Positions 1-12,689 of a DNA stretch of 64,000 nt are shown piece after piece. The notes beneath the pieces were generated by a model that saw nothing but the letters and a program-made list of their open reading frames with translations, was not told where the DNA came from and made no database searches. The DNA is from Narcine bancroftii. Taxonomy: Eukaryota. A program made the position numbers and the translations under genes. The first letter of the stretch is position 1. Each line of letters starts with the position of its first letter. The stretch lies in the NCBI RefSeq assembly GCF_036971445.1, contig NW_027211972.1, positions 248,001 through 312,000 of the forward strand, written 5' to 3'.

Positions 1-134
1 GTGGGGGGTGTGGTTTAATATATAGAAATAACAGATCCCCAGGAGTCGGACACGGGCTGGGATCTGATCCAGGGGGTTCGGAATGTTGAAGTGGGGGAGG
101 GACGGGGGAGATCATGGTGTGGATTCCCATGCAC

Positions 135-3100
135 CTCGGAGAATGTCCACGAAACAGCCCGGCCTTTCTTGTCCATCTGTGGCCGACGTATCAACTCTCT
201 CCCACCCCGGAACAGGATGAGAGTGGGCAGTTGTTTACTGAGGGGAGAACTGCTCACTTTATACCTGTGGGCAAGAAAAGGACGGAACATATTAAACCCC
301 GTTAACCATGTCGGTCACCGTACCCTGAGGTCTCTTGTTCCCCATGTCAGACCCCATACCCCGAGGTCTCTCCGTCCCCTGTGTTGGACCCCGTAACCCG
401 AGGTCTCTCTGTACCCCACCTTCAGTGTCGGTCCCCATACCCCGGGATCTCTCCGTTCCCCACTGTTCACCGTGTAGGTCTCCGTTCACCACCGTTCACC
501 GTGTAGGTCTCCGTTCACCACCGTTCACCGTGTAGGTCTCCGTTCACCACCGTTCACCGTGTAGGTCTCCGTTCACCACCGTTCACCGTGTAGGTCTCCG
601 TTCACCACCGTTCACCGTGTAGGTCTCCGTTCACCACCGTTCACCGTGTAGGTCTCCGTTCACCACCATTCACCGTGTAGGTCTCCGTTCACCACCGTTC
701 CCCGTGTCCGTCCCCCGAGGTCTGTCTGTCCTCCACCATGTCAGTCCCCTAACCCCGAAGTCTCTCTGTTTCCCACCGTTTGCCGTGTCAGTCTCCGTTC
801 CCCATGTCAGTCTCTGTACCCCGAGGTCTTCCTGTCCCCCATCGTTCACAGTTTCGGTCCCCATAACCTGAGGTCTGTCTGTTCCCCATCGTTCACTATG
901 TCGGTTCCTGTACCCCGAGGTTTCTCTGTTCCCCAGCGTTCACCATGCCGGTCTCTGTTCACCTCCGTTCCCTGAGGATTTCCGTTCCCCACCGTTCACC
1001 GTGTCGGTCCCCATACCCCGAGGTCTCTCTGTCCCCCACCGTTCACCGTGTCGGTCCCCGTCGCCCAAGGCCTTATGTAAAGGGTCTCCCTTGACCTGGG
1101 GTGGGGAGGGAGATGAACGAGGAGACATTTCCCTTGTCAGAGACTCACTCCTCAGAGATTTCAGCGTAGCGACCGACATCAGCCTTCCCAAACTTCAATC
1201 CGGAGCAGCCATACCTTGGGGGGGGGGAAAACAGAGAGGGATGGTGGGCAGTGAGGAGGACTACCATAACCAAGAATCTGTGGGGGAGAGAATCCCCCTT
1301 CATTCTCTCCCTCCCCTCCCTCTCTTCCCCTCACATCTCTCCCCATCTCTCTCTCCCCCCCCTCTCCCCATCTGTCTCCCCCTCTCCCCCATCTCTCTCC
1401 CCTGCCTCCCCCTTCTCTCCCCTTCATCCCCCCCCTCACCCTTCCCCCTCACTCACTTGAGAGAGAGGTCCGCAAAGACAGGGGCGAATGATTGGCAGTC
1501 GGACGACCAGTTGGCGTAGAACTCGACCAGCCAGGTAACGCGTCCGTCCCTCCGCAGTTCCTCCTGTTGGAGGGAGGCGGGGACGGCAGAGGGTGAGGGC
1601 AGGTGGGGAGATGTCTGGCATCCAGCTCCCCCGTCCCCTCCCACCCACCCCCAACCCTCCCTCTGCTTGCCCCATCCTGGACGCACCCTGACAGACTCTC
1701 CACCCCCTCTTGTCCCTCCCCCCTCGGGCCCCACTGCCCCTGGGACACTCACGCCGATTGTCTTGGTGCTGAAGTAGGTGATGGAGTCTGGCCCCATGTA
1801 GAGGGGGGGCTTGCACGTCATCACGAAGGCTGCAGGACAGGGGGGGAGGGTGGTGGGGGGAGGTGAGAGAGAGACCGTGAGGCAGACAGAGGGTGGAGGG
1901 CGGGGGGTCTCAAACCAGACAGGGAGGGGATCGTTATAAAACCTCTCCCCCACCTTTCTCCCCTCTCNNNNNNNNNNNNNNNNNNNNNNNNNNNNNNNNN
2001 NNNNNNNNNNNNNNNNNNNNNNNNNNNNNNNNNNNNNNNNNNNNNNNNNNNNNNNNNNNNNNNNNNNNNNNNNNNNNNNNNNNNNNNNNNNNNNNNNNNN
2101 NNNNNNNNNNNNNNNNNNNNNNNNNNNNNNNNNNNNNNNNNNNNNNNNNNNNTCCCTCCCCTACCAATGCACAGTGTGAGGTACAGCAGCCCCATCCGGA
2201 TGTCCAGTCGGAAGAAGAGGATTAAGTTCGCCACCTTACTGAACATGAAAATGTTCCCCACGTGCTGCTCGATCGTGACTGATGGGAAAACAGAGATATG
2301 TCATTTTCCTGGACAGGCGCAGGCCAGGACTACAAGGTGGACGGTCGGGCGTACACGGTGGACAGTCTGGTACTGAGTGGCGCGGTAGGACAGAGGTCAG
2401 GCATATTTGGTGAAAAGTTAGGCACTAAGGGGTGTGTTGGGACAGAGGTTGGGCATACACGGTGGAAGGTCGGGCACTGAGGCGTGCAGTGGGACAGAGG
2501 ACGGGCGTACATGGTGGACGGTTGGGCACTGAGGAGCGCGGTGGGACAGAGGTCGGGCAGAGGGTGGAAGAGGAGAGGGGGAGTGTGGAGGGATGGGCAA
2601 GGGTGGAGAGGAAGGGTAGACGGGGAGGGGTGTTGGGGGAGGGAAGAGACTGGATGGGGAGGGGAGTTGGGGAGAGAGGGGAAGTCGGGGGGGACGGGAT
2701 TCCGGGGGTACTCACTTGACCTGCGGTTTTTCATCATGATGATGGCACTGAGGAACATGAGGATCTCGACCTCTCTCTGCAACAGGGTGGGGGGGGGGGG
2801 GGAAGAAGGTCAGGTCACAACCCCCTACCGCGAACCTGACCCCATGACCACGATCCCCAAGCCCTCAACCTCGATATCTGATTTCAAACCCTGACCCTGA
2901 TCCCCAACCCCTCGACCCCCGAGCTTGATCCCCGACATCAATCTCTTGACCTCACCTGATCCTCCCCTTCTGACTGAACATGTGACGTAACGCTCTCTGA
3001 CCACCATCTGACCCTGCCACCTCTGATGTCACCCTCCCTGAACGCCCCTTTGACGTCACCCACTATACTACTCACTCCTCAGATGTCACCCCCTCCGACC

Positions 3101-3371
3101 CCACCACCTCTGACGCCAACTTCTATACCAGCTCTCCTCTGACGTTACCTTCCAACCCCGCCCCCTCTGACATCATCCTCACCCAGTCGAAGCCGCACGG
3201 GTCGCCGTCCTCCCTCTCGCTGGGCAGCCGGCGGCATACGGGCGGCAGCTTGCGGGCGACCACGAAGGCCAGGCTGAGGGCGGACGAGGCGGCGCAGTAG
3301 GGCTGTAGCAGCCAGCGGCCCAGGCGGGGCAGATACCAGAGCAACGCCACCAGCGCGGTCAGCAGCGCCAT
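135..3371 (-). CDS. TMX2: Thioredoxin-related transmembrane protein 2, exons 1-7 (final exon lies left of the window)
   Basis: Exons 3371-3183 ([36 protein letters not shown]), 2776-2716 ([20 protein letters not shown]), 2278-2165 ([37 protein letters not shown]), 1829-1753, 1563-1457 ([20 protein letters not shown], atypical SxxC thioredoxin site), 1214-1149 ([16 protein letters not shown]) and 264-135 ([26 protein letters not shown]). All introns are GT-AG and the frame is continuous. Confidence 0.95.
465..697. repeat. 29-bp near-perfect tandem array (GTTCACCACCGTTCACCGTGTAGGTCTCC) inside a degenerate 47-bp family array (~300-1065)
   Basis: About 8 near-identical units at 29-nt period. The flanks are degenerate copies of ACCCCGAGGTCTCTCTGTTCCCCACCGTTCACCGTGTCGGTCCCCAT. 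Confidence 0.9.
1968..2152. other. Assembly gap (185 N) in TMX2 intron 3
   Basis: Run of N. Confidence 1.
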
Positions 3372-3996
3372 CTTTACTGCCCGGCCTAGCCGACGCACGG
3401 CCACTCCCGCCCCTGTCCCTCATTTGTCGGCGTTGCGTCCACCCGCTCCAATCGGAGGCGGCGAGGTGGGAAATGCAAGACGATCATTGGTAGGCGGAGC
3501 TACCCATTATTTTGCATCCTCTGACTCCTATTTTTCCTTTTGGTGAAGCTATGAAGCTCATTGGTCCAAAGAGCTGTCAATCGGAGTTGTCGCCAAAATC
3601 CAGGACATTGATTGGTCATCCTCAAACTCTGCCCAGCTCTTCAACTCTCATTGGGTTAATGAGAGTGATTGGCAGATGGTCCATGCAATGGGGAGAAGCC
3701 GCCGCCTTCAGGCTAACGTGAAACGGCGAAGTGACGCTTGAACGCCCCAGAGCGGGGAGCATCCAACCAGCCAATAGGAGAGCGAGATTGCCTCCCTGCA
3801 ACCCGAATAGTGGTGAAAGGCATCGGCCGCTGCCTGTGATTGGGTAATAGCAGATTGGTGTACTATTTGGCCAGCAGGACGGCCCGAATTGGTCGACGCT
3901 GGTGCGGACCGGCTCACCATTGGCTGCTGCGGTTACGCACAGGCGGGAGCATCCGGAGACAAGATGGCGGCCGGGAGCTGATGCGCGGAGGAGAAG
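3372..3996. promoter_or_regulatory. Bidirectional CpG-rich promoter shared by TMX2 and MED19
   Basis: About 625 bp separate the divergent ATGs. There are about 10 CCAAT/ATTGG boxes and a YY1-type AAGATGGCGG at 3961. Confidence 0.8.
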
Positions 3997-6610
3997 ATGG
4001 ATGCCATGAACACGCTCTTTTCGCCGGCGGACGCGACGATGCTGGCCTCGGCCTCGCCCGCCATGGGCCCCTACGGCAAGCAGCAGCAGCAGCCGCCGCC
4101 GCCGCTGCCGCCGCCGCCGCAACAGGGTTCGATGACGGCGGACGAGGGGACGCGCAAAGCGGCGGGTGGCGTGATCAATGGGCCCTTTTACGTCATGAGG
4201 GAATTGCCAGGTACAAGCAGCTAATCAGCAAGCAGAGTGACGGCGATCCGACCAATGAGCGATCGGCCGGCGATAGATCGACAGCGCCTAGAAAAATCAG
4301 AGCCGAGTTGGAAAGCGGGCCAAGCAGCAGCCAATCAGAGCTGGAGGTCTCTGATGCGCGCCAATGAGAACCGACAATGCGAAGAGAACGGGGCGGGCTC
4401 GGAGACCGGGTGGGCTCCGGAGGCAGCTAATCAAGTTGAGGGCAGGTCCTGAGCGGCAGAGGACAGGCCAATGAGAGTTGAGTGATGGGACCCGACAATG
4501 GGAGACGGGTGTGGTAGCAGAGGGCCGGCCAATAAGCAGGGCACAAGCGGTGATTGACGGCAGTGGTGGCCAATCGGGCACGCAGTTTCAAAAGCTCTCG
4601 ACCAGGCAAAGACTGTTCAATCTATCGCGCCTATACTAGCCCATTGGCAGAATGAGCGTTTTTGGTTTAAATGGAAGAGATGATGGGTATTTTTCGGCAG
4701 GGAATTGGTCACTTCTGTCCCGTCACGCACTCCCAGGGTGGGAACGCAGAGCGAAGCACTGTCCCGTCACACTCTCCCGGGGTGGATCGCGGAGCAAAGC
4801 CCTGTCCCGTCACACACTCCTGGGATGGGGACACGGAGTGAAGCCATTCATACACTCCCGGGGCGGGTACACAGAGCGAAGCCCCGTCCCGTCACACACT
4901 CCCGGGGCGGGGACACAGAGCGAAGCCCCGTCCCGTCACACACTCCTGGGGTGGGGACAAGATGGAAGCCCCGTCCCGTCACACACTCCTTCTGTTTCTC
5001 TGTTAACAGATACTCTTGTTATACCCAGCAGGTACAGAACTCACAGCGAACAACAATCTCATCACTCACTACAACCTTGAACACGCCTACAACAAATTCT
5101 GTGGCAAAAAAGTCAAAGATAAGCTCAGTAACTTTATTCCAGATCTTCCAGGTAATGGAACAAGCGGGTTACAGAGACAGGGAGGGATGTCAGGGACTGG
5201 AGTGGGATAACAGAGACAGAGAGGGGTGTTAGGGACCGGAAGGGGTTACAGAGACAGAGAGGGGTGTCAGGGACTGAGGGGGTTACAGAGACAGAGAGGG
5301 GTGTTGGGGACTGGAGGGGGTTACAGAGATGGAGGGGTGTTGGGGACCGGAGGGGGTTACCGAGACGGAAGGATATTGTGGACTGGAGGGGGTACAGAGG
5401 CAGGGAGGGGTGTAGAAGATACTTTTCCAGTCCTTCTGACCCTCCCACCACTTCAGGGATGATCGACCTCCCGGGATCTCAGGACAACAGCAGCCTGCGT
5501 TCCCTGATCGAGAAGCCGCCGATCTGTGGGAACTCCTTCACCCTGCTGACTGGGACCCTCCTGACTGGATTCCGACTTCACACTGGACCAGTAAGGGATT
5601 CCTCCCTGACCTCCCTCCCTTCATACACTCTCTCTCTCTCTTCCACCTCTCTCTGCCCTCTCCCACCTGACCCCTGGAAGATCCCTACCCCTCTCTGACC
5701 TCTGCCATCTCTGTCCTCTCTCAGCCCCTCTCCCTCTGCCCTCTTCCCCCTGAATGACCCTTTCTGACCTGCCCTCTTCCCCTGGATGACACCTCCCACT
5801 GTCTGCCCTCTCCCCTGATCCCTGGATTACCCCTCACCCTTTCTGACCTCTGCCCTCTCTCCCACAGCTCCCGGAACAGTACCGCCTGATGCACGTGCAG
5901 CCGCCGCGAAAGAAGAACCGTCACAAGCACAAGCACAGTCGCACGCAGGACCCGGTCCCGCCAGGTGAGGATTCTGGGATAGCGGAGGACCGTCCTCCGG
6001 GGAAGATCGCTATAGGGGGGGGGTTGCCATGTCCTGCTGGGAGTGAAGGATGCTGGGATAGGTAGGGTCACCACATCCCCCTGGGAGTGAAGGATGCTGG
6101 GATGGGGACGATTGCTATGTCCCTTTGGGAGTGAAGGATGCTGGGATAGGAAAGGTTGCCACGTCTGCACAGGAGTGAAGGATTCTGGGATAGGGATGGT
6201 CACCATGTCCCCCATGGAGTGAAGGATGCTGGGATAGGGATGGGCGCCACATTCCCCTGGCAGTGAAGTATGCTGGGATACGTAAGGTCACAACCCTCCC
6301 CCTGGTTCCGACAGAGACCCCGTCAGACTCCGACCATAAGAAGAAGAAGAAGAAACGAGATGATGACCCGGACCGGAAAAAGAAGAAGAAGGAAAAGAAG
6401 AAGAAAAAGGTGACGGGGAGAGGGATAGAGAGGAGGGGAAAGAGATGTGGGGGAGGGGAGAGAGGGAGGGGGGAGAGGAGAGAGGGAGGGGGGAGAGTGA
6501 GGGTTGGGGAGGGGTTTTGCAGGTTCTGACTCCTCCTTCTTCCTCAGAACCGTCACAGCCCGGAGCACCCATCACTGGGCGGGGCCCAGACTGGGAACAG
6601 CCTGCGGTAG
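3997..6610 (+). CDS. MED19: Mediator complex subunit 19, 6 coding exons
   Basis: Exons 3997-4210 (..GPFYVMRELP), 5029(or 5032)-5151 (TELTANNNLITHYNLEHAYNKFCGKKVKDKLSNFIPDLP), 5457-5590 (MIDLPGSQDNSSLRSLIEKPP..GFRLHTGP), 5868-5964 (LPEQYRLMHVQPPRKKNRHKHK), 6315-6409 (ETPSDSDHKKKKKK..) and 6548-6610 (NRHSPEHP..SLR*). AATAAA at 6804-6809. Confidence 0.96.
4715..4990. repeat. ~43-bp minisatellite family (TCCCGTCACACACTCCCGGGGTGGGGACACAGAGCGAAGCCCCG)
   Basis: Tandem copies here. The same family recurs at ~30235-30365 and ~46870-47260. Confidence 0.85.
5160..5420. repeat. ~38-bp minisatellite family (GGTTACAGAGACAGGGAGGGGTGTCGGGGACCGGAGGG)
   Basis: Fills MED19 intron 2. Also at ~6850-7460 and ~54700-55400, and inverted at ~16890-17250, ~27100-27200 and ~52110-52300. 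Confidence 0.85.
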
Positions 6611-6849
6611 AGCTTGGTTCCTCCTCTCCCTCACCCTCATTCCCCCCCCCCTTCTCTCTCTCTCCTGTCTCAACGAACCTCCGCTCTCAAGGTTCGGGGC
6701 CAAGGACAGTAAAGAGCAAAGATTTGTCCTATCAAAGGAAGCCAGGACGTTAGACGGGTCCTTTGCTGCACTCGATTCACCTTCCAACCTGTCATTTGTG
6801 TGTAATAAATGCTTGAGTTTCAGATAATGTTCTACGATGTTTTCACTGT

Positions 6850-7460
6850 GGGAGGGGTGTCGGGGACCAGAGGGGGTTACAGAGACAGGGAGGGGTGTCG
6901 AGGACCAGAGCAGGTTACAGAGACAGGGAGGGTTGTAGGGGTCCGGAGGTTACAGGGACAGGGAGGAGCGCCAGGGACCGGAGAGGGTTACAGAGACAGA
7001 AAAGGGTGTCGGTGACCAGAGGGGTGTTACAGAGACAGAGTGGGGTGTAGGGGTCCGGAGTGAGTTACAGAGACAGGGAGAGGTGTAGGGGACTGGAGGG
7101 GGTAACAGTGACAGGGAGGGGTTTTCGGGACTGGACGGGGTTTCAGAGACATGGAGGGGACTGGCGGGGGATACCGAGACAGAAAGGGGTGTCGGGGAGC
7201 GTAGTGGGGGTGGGGGGGGGTTACAGAGACTGGGAGGGGTGTGGGGGACCGGAGGGGTGTTAGAGACGGAGGAGTGTCGGGGATTGGAAAGGGTTGCAGA
7301 CAGGGAGGTGTCGGGTAGCGTAGGGGGTTACAGAGGCAGGGAGGGGGTCGGGAACCAGAGGATGTAACAGAGACAGGGTGGGGTATAGGGGTCCGGAGGG
7401 AGTTACAGAGACAGGGAGAAGTGTCGGGGACAGGAGGGGCTACGAGACAGAGAGGTGGTA
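6850..7460. repeat. ~38-bp minisatellite family array between MED19 and the ZDHHC5 promoter
   Basis: Repeated GGTTACAGAGACAGGGAGGGGTGT units. Confidence 0.85.
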
Positions 7461-7469
7461 ACCCTTGCA

Positions 7470-8274
7470 GGGCGGTTGCCCCTCTCCGTGCCGTCACAGC
7501 GGGATTCCGCTCTGGGATTGGCTGGGTCCGACGGGAGTGGCAGGCCTGGTTCTCCCACCGCGCTTCATGACGCCACAAAGGGTTCTCGGCGGCGGTGTGA
7601 TTGGTCCGCGAGGGGGGAGAGCGAGGCCGGAGCCTCTCGCTGTAATTGCAGGTGAGTGACAGGAGAGTAGCAGCCCCCTATCAATCGTTCATTGATATGA
7701 GAACCCGAAAGTCACAATGGAGTGGGGCGGTCTTCACCCGCTGGTGATTGGCTGGGCGCCGATAATTGACATACACACACTTCGTCATGATAGATGGGCT
7801 TTGAATGGCTGGCTGTAAGGAAGTCACGTCCGCGCCCTCTGATTGGCCGTGCTTGGTCGGGTGGACGGGCTTGATATACTCACTCTGCCTTCCCAGCCAA
7901 TCCCCTCTCCCTCTGCTGCCCCGCTCGGGAGACTGACAGGCAGCTTGCCTCCGCGTGCCTTCAACATCCTACGGCTGATTGGCTACCGACAGTGGACGTC
8001 ACATTCCCCTCACCTGCGCGCCCGCTGATTGGTTAGCTAGGGTAGGTCGGCCAGCCCATTGGAAAGGGCGGAGTGGGGCGGGGATTAAGCAAATGAGCGG
8101 CCCAGGTGAGCGTAAGCCAAGGGTCGCGCTCGCGGGCTCCCCCTTTTCCTGCCCTCCCCACTTTCCCGTCGCCGCCATCTTTTCCCCCCCCTTCCCGTCG
8201 CCATCTTGTCCTCCCTTCCCGCCAAAATCGGGCTAACCCCCCCCCCCTCAGAAAATGACTGCCCGGTCGCTGAG
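7470..8274 (+). promoter_or_regulatory. CpG-rich promoter and probable non-coding first exon(s) of ZDHHC5
   Basis: Several GATTGG (CCAAT) boxes, GC boxes and two YY1-type GCCATCTT motifs (~8174, ~8200). Candidate donors are GAG|GTAAAG at 8274/8275 and CAG|GTGAGT at 7651/7652. Confidence 0.6.
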
Positions 8275-8429
8275 GTAAAGGGGACGGGGGAGGGGGGACG
8301 GGGGAGGAATGTAGATGGGGAGGGTTGTCACTACTCGAGGCCCAGGCTGCGGCCTAGTCCAGGGCTTAGGGCCCCGGGGGGGATTAAAGAGGTTTATCGG
8401 GGGAGGGCGGCGCGGGGACTTCTAACGGG

Positions 8430-10800
8430 GGGGTAAATACGTTTATTGGTAAAAATGTTTATCGGGGTGTTATATACATTTATCGGGGGTTAAATACGTT
8501 TATCGGGGAGTAAATATGTTTATCAGGTAGATAGGTTTATTGGGGAAGTAAATACATTAATCGGAGAGTTAAATACGTTTATATGGGGGTGAATGTTTAT
8601 CGGGCTGGTCAAATCTGTTTTTCGGGAGGTGAATACGTTTAATGGGGGTGAATGTGTTCATTGAAGTGTTAAATACGTTCATCGGGGGGTGAATAGGTTT
8701 ATCGTGGGTTAAATACGGTTATTGGGAGGTAAAATATGTTTAATGGGGTCTGAATACGTTTATCGGGGATGAATACTTTATCGGAGGGTGAATACGTCCA
8801 TCGGGGTGGTAAATACGTTCATCAGCGGTAAATACATTCATCCGGAGGGGTAAATATGTTTATTGGGCATGAATACTTCATCGGTGGGTGAATATGTCCA
8901 TCGTGAGTAGGTCTATTGGGGGTAAATATGTTCATCGGGGGGTGAATACGTCCATCGTGAGTGGGTCTATCGAGGGTAAATACATTCATGGGGGGTGAAT
9001 ACGTCCATCGTGAGTCGGTCTATCGGGGGGGTAAATATGTTCATTGGGCAGTAAATACGTTCATCAGGGTGGGTGAATATGTTTATTGGGCATGAATACT
9101 TTATCGGTGGGTGAATACGTCCATCGTGAGTAGGTCTATCGAGGGTAATACGTTCATCGGGGGTGAATACGTCCATCGTGAGTCGGTCTATCGGGGGGTA
9201 AATACATTTATCGGGGGGTAAATACATTTATCAGGGGGGGGGAAATACATTTATCGGGGGTAAATACATTTATCGGGGGTAAATACATTTATCGGGGGTA
9301 AATACATTTATCGGGGGTAAATACATTTATCGGGGGTAAATAAATTTATCGGGGGGTAAATATGTCCATCGGGGGGTGAATACGTCCATCGGGGGGTGAA
9401 TACGTCCATCGGGGGGTGAATACGTCCATCGGGGGGTGAATACGTCCATCGGGGGGTGAATACGTCCATCGGGGGGTGAATACGTCCATCGGGGGGTGAA
9501 TACGTCCATCGGGGGGTGAATACGTCCATCGGGGGGTGAATACGTCCATCGGGGGGTGAATACGTCCATCGGGGGGTGAATACGTCCATCGGGGGGTGAA
9601 TACGTCCATCGGGGGGTGAATACGTCCATCGGGGGGTGAATACGTCCATCGGGGGGTGAATACGTCCATCGGGGGGTGAATACGTCCATCGGGGGGTGAA
9701 TACGTCCATCGGGGGGTGAATACGTCCATCGGGGGTGAATACATTAATCGGGAGGGTAAATACATTCATCAGGGGTTAAATACATTCTTCACTGGGTAAA
9801 TAAGTTCATCAGGGGTGAATACGTTCATCGGGGGTTGAATACGTTTATCGGGGAGTTAAATAAGTTTATCGGGGTGAAGATGTTTATCGGGTGGTGAATA
9901 AATTTATCAAGGTGAATATGTTTATCGGGGGGTTAAATACGTTTATATAGAGGATAAATACATTTATCGGCGGGTGAATATATTGGGGCAGAATTTGTTA
10001 ATCGGAGGGTGAATATGTTTATTGGGAGTGAATATGTTCATAATTTTTAAAGGGGTAAATACTCTCTTTTGGGGGTGAATATGTTCATCGGGGTGAATAC
10101 ATTTAGTGGGGGTAAATACGTTCATCGGGCGGTAAATATGTTCATCGGTAAATATGTTCATCGGGAGGGTGAATACATTCATCGGGGGGTAAATATGTTC
10201 GTCGGGAGTTGAATACGTTCTTCGGGGTTTGAATACGTTCATCGGGGGTTTAAATACATTAATTGGGGCAGTTAAATACGTTCATCGGGGGGTTGAATAC
10301 GTTCATGGGGGTTAAATACGTTCATCGGGGGGGGTTAAAAACATTCATCGGGAGTTGAATACATTCATCGGGGTTTGAATACGTTCATCTGGGTGATTAA
10401 ATACTTTCATCAGGGGGTAAATACGTTCATCAGGGGGTTGAATACATTCATCGGGGGGTAAATATGTTCATCAGGAGTTGAATATGTTCATCAGGGGTTA
10501 AATACATTTATGGGGGGGTGGGTTAAATACGTTTATTGGGGGTGAATACATTTATGGGGTGAATAAGTTTATTGGTGGGGTAAATACATTTATCAGGAGG
10601 GTTAAATACGTTCATCGGGGGGGAGGTAAATATGTTCATCGGGGTTGAATATGCTAATTGGGGGTTAAATACATACATTGGGGGGTAAATATTCATCGGG
10701 TGTTAAATATGTTAATCGGGGGTTAAATACGTTCATCGGGGGGTGAATACGTTCATGGAGGGGTAAATACGTGTATCGGGGTTAACTACATTTATTGAGG
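8430..10800. repeat. ~20-bp satellite (GGGGGGTGAATACGTCCATC) with a homogenised core at ~9360-9730
   Basis: Perfect 20-nt periodicity in the core and degenerate GGGGT(A/G)AATA(C/T)(G/A)TT(C/T)ATC units in the flanks. Confidence 0.95.
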
Positions 10801-10859
10801 GGGGTTTAAAACATGTCCTGTGGTGTCAAGGTGGGGGGGTCGGTTTAAAATTACCTATA

Positions 10860-12680
10860 TCTAAATACATCCATCTATATACACACATATCTACACCCAC
10901 ACATATCTATCTACACACACATCTATCCACACGTATCTACACCCACACATATCTACACACACATATCCATCTATACACACACACATCTACACACACACAT
11001 CTATCTACACACACAAGTCCATCCATACACACACATCCATCTTCACATATCTACACACACATGTATCTACACACATATCAATGTGTACAAACACATTTAC
11101 ACCCACATATCTACTCACACACATCCATCTATACAAACATATCTAGATACACATATCTACACCCACACATCCATCTACACACCTGTATCCATACACTCAA
11201 GTCCATCTATACACACATCCATCTTCACATATCTACACATACACCCATCTACACACACATCAATCTGTACAAACACATCTACTCCCACTCATCTACACAC
11301 ACAAGTCCATCTATACACACACATTCATCTTCACACACACATATCTACATACACACATCCATCTATATACACATCCATCTATACAAACATATCTACACAT
11401 ACACATCTATCTATACACACATGCATCTACACACATACACATCTATATATACACATATCTGCACACACACATCTACACACACACACATCTACTCACACAC
11501 ATCCATCTATACAAACATATCTACACCCACACATCCATCTACACCCACACACCCATCTACACACATGTATCTACACACATCAATCTGTACAAACACATAT
11601 CTACTCCCACACATCTACACACACAAGTCCTATATACACACAAATTCATCTTCACACACACATATCTACATACACACATCCATCTATATACACACACATC
11701 CATCTTCACACATCTACACCCACACATAACTACACACACCATCTACTCATTTATCTACACACATCAATCTGCACAAACACATATCTACACACATATCTAC
11801 TCTTACATATATCTACACACACATCCATCTATACAAACATCTACACACACACATCCATCTACACACCTGTATCTACACACACATCAATCTGTACAAACTC
11901 ATATCTACACACACATCCATCTACACATACACACATCTACACAATTACATCCATCTATACATATCTACACAAACACGTCCATCTATACACATTCATATCT
12001 ATACACACACATATCAGCACACACATCCATCTATACACATACATATCTATACATACACATCCATCTATACACACACATCCATCTACACACCTGTATCTAC
12101 AAATACAAGTCCATCTGCACACTCACACATCTATACACACACATCCATCTACACACTCACACATCTATACACACACATCCATCTACACACACACATACCT
12201 ACACACACATCCATCTTCACATATCTACACAGACTTCCATCTATACAGACACATTCACACACACATCCATCTATACACACATCCAACTACACACGCACAT
12301 CTCTACACACATATCTATACATCCATCTACACACACACACACCCATCTACTTATGCACATCTTTACACTCACACATCCATCTGCACAGACATATCTACCC
12401 ACACCCATCTATACACACACACACATCCATCTATACACCCATATCTACACCCACACATCTATAAACACATCCATCTACACACACACACATACCTACACAC
12501 ACATCCATCTTCACATATCTACACCCACACATATCTACACAGACTTCCATCTATACACACATAATTCACACACATCCATCTACACACACATATCTACACA
12601 TCCATCTACACACACACACATCCATCTACACACGCACATCCATCTATACACACACATATCTACACGCACACATCCATCTT
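10860..12680. repeat. G-depleted CA-rich low-complexity tract (ACACACATCCATCTAC-like)
   Basis: About 1.8 kb with almost no G on the + strand. A short copy lies at ~14080-14190. Confidence 0.95.
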
Positions 12681-12689
12681 TGCACAAAG

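Noticed and set aside
3622-4367. 166-175 aa ORFs overlapping MED19 exon 1
   Set aside because: They are shadow frames of a GC-rich exon and promoter.
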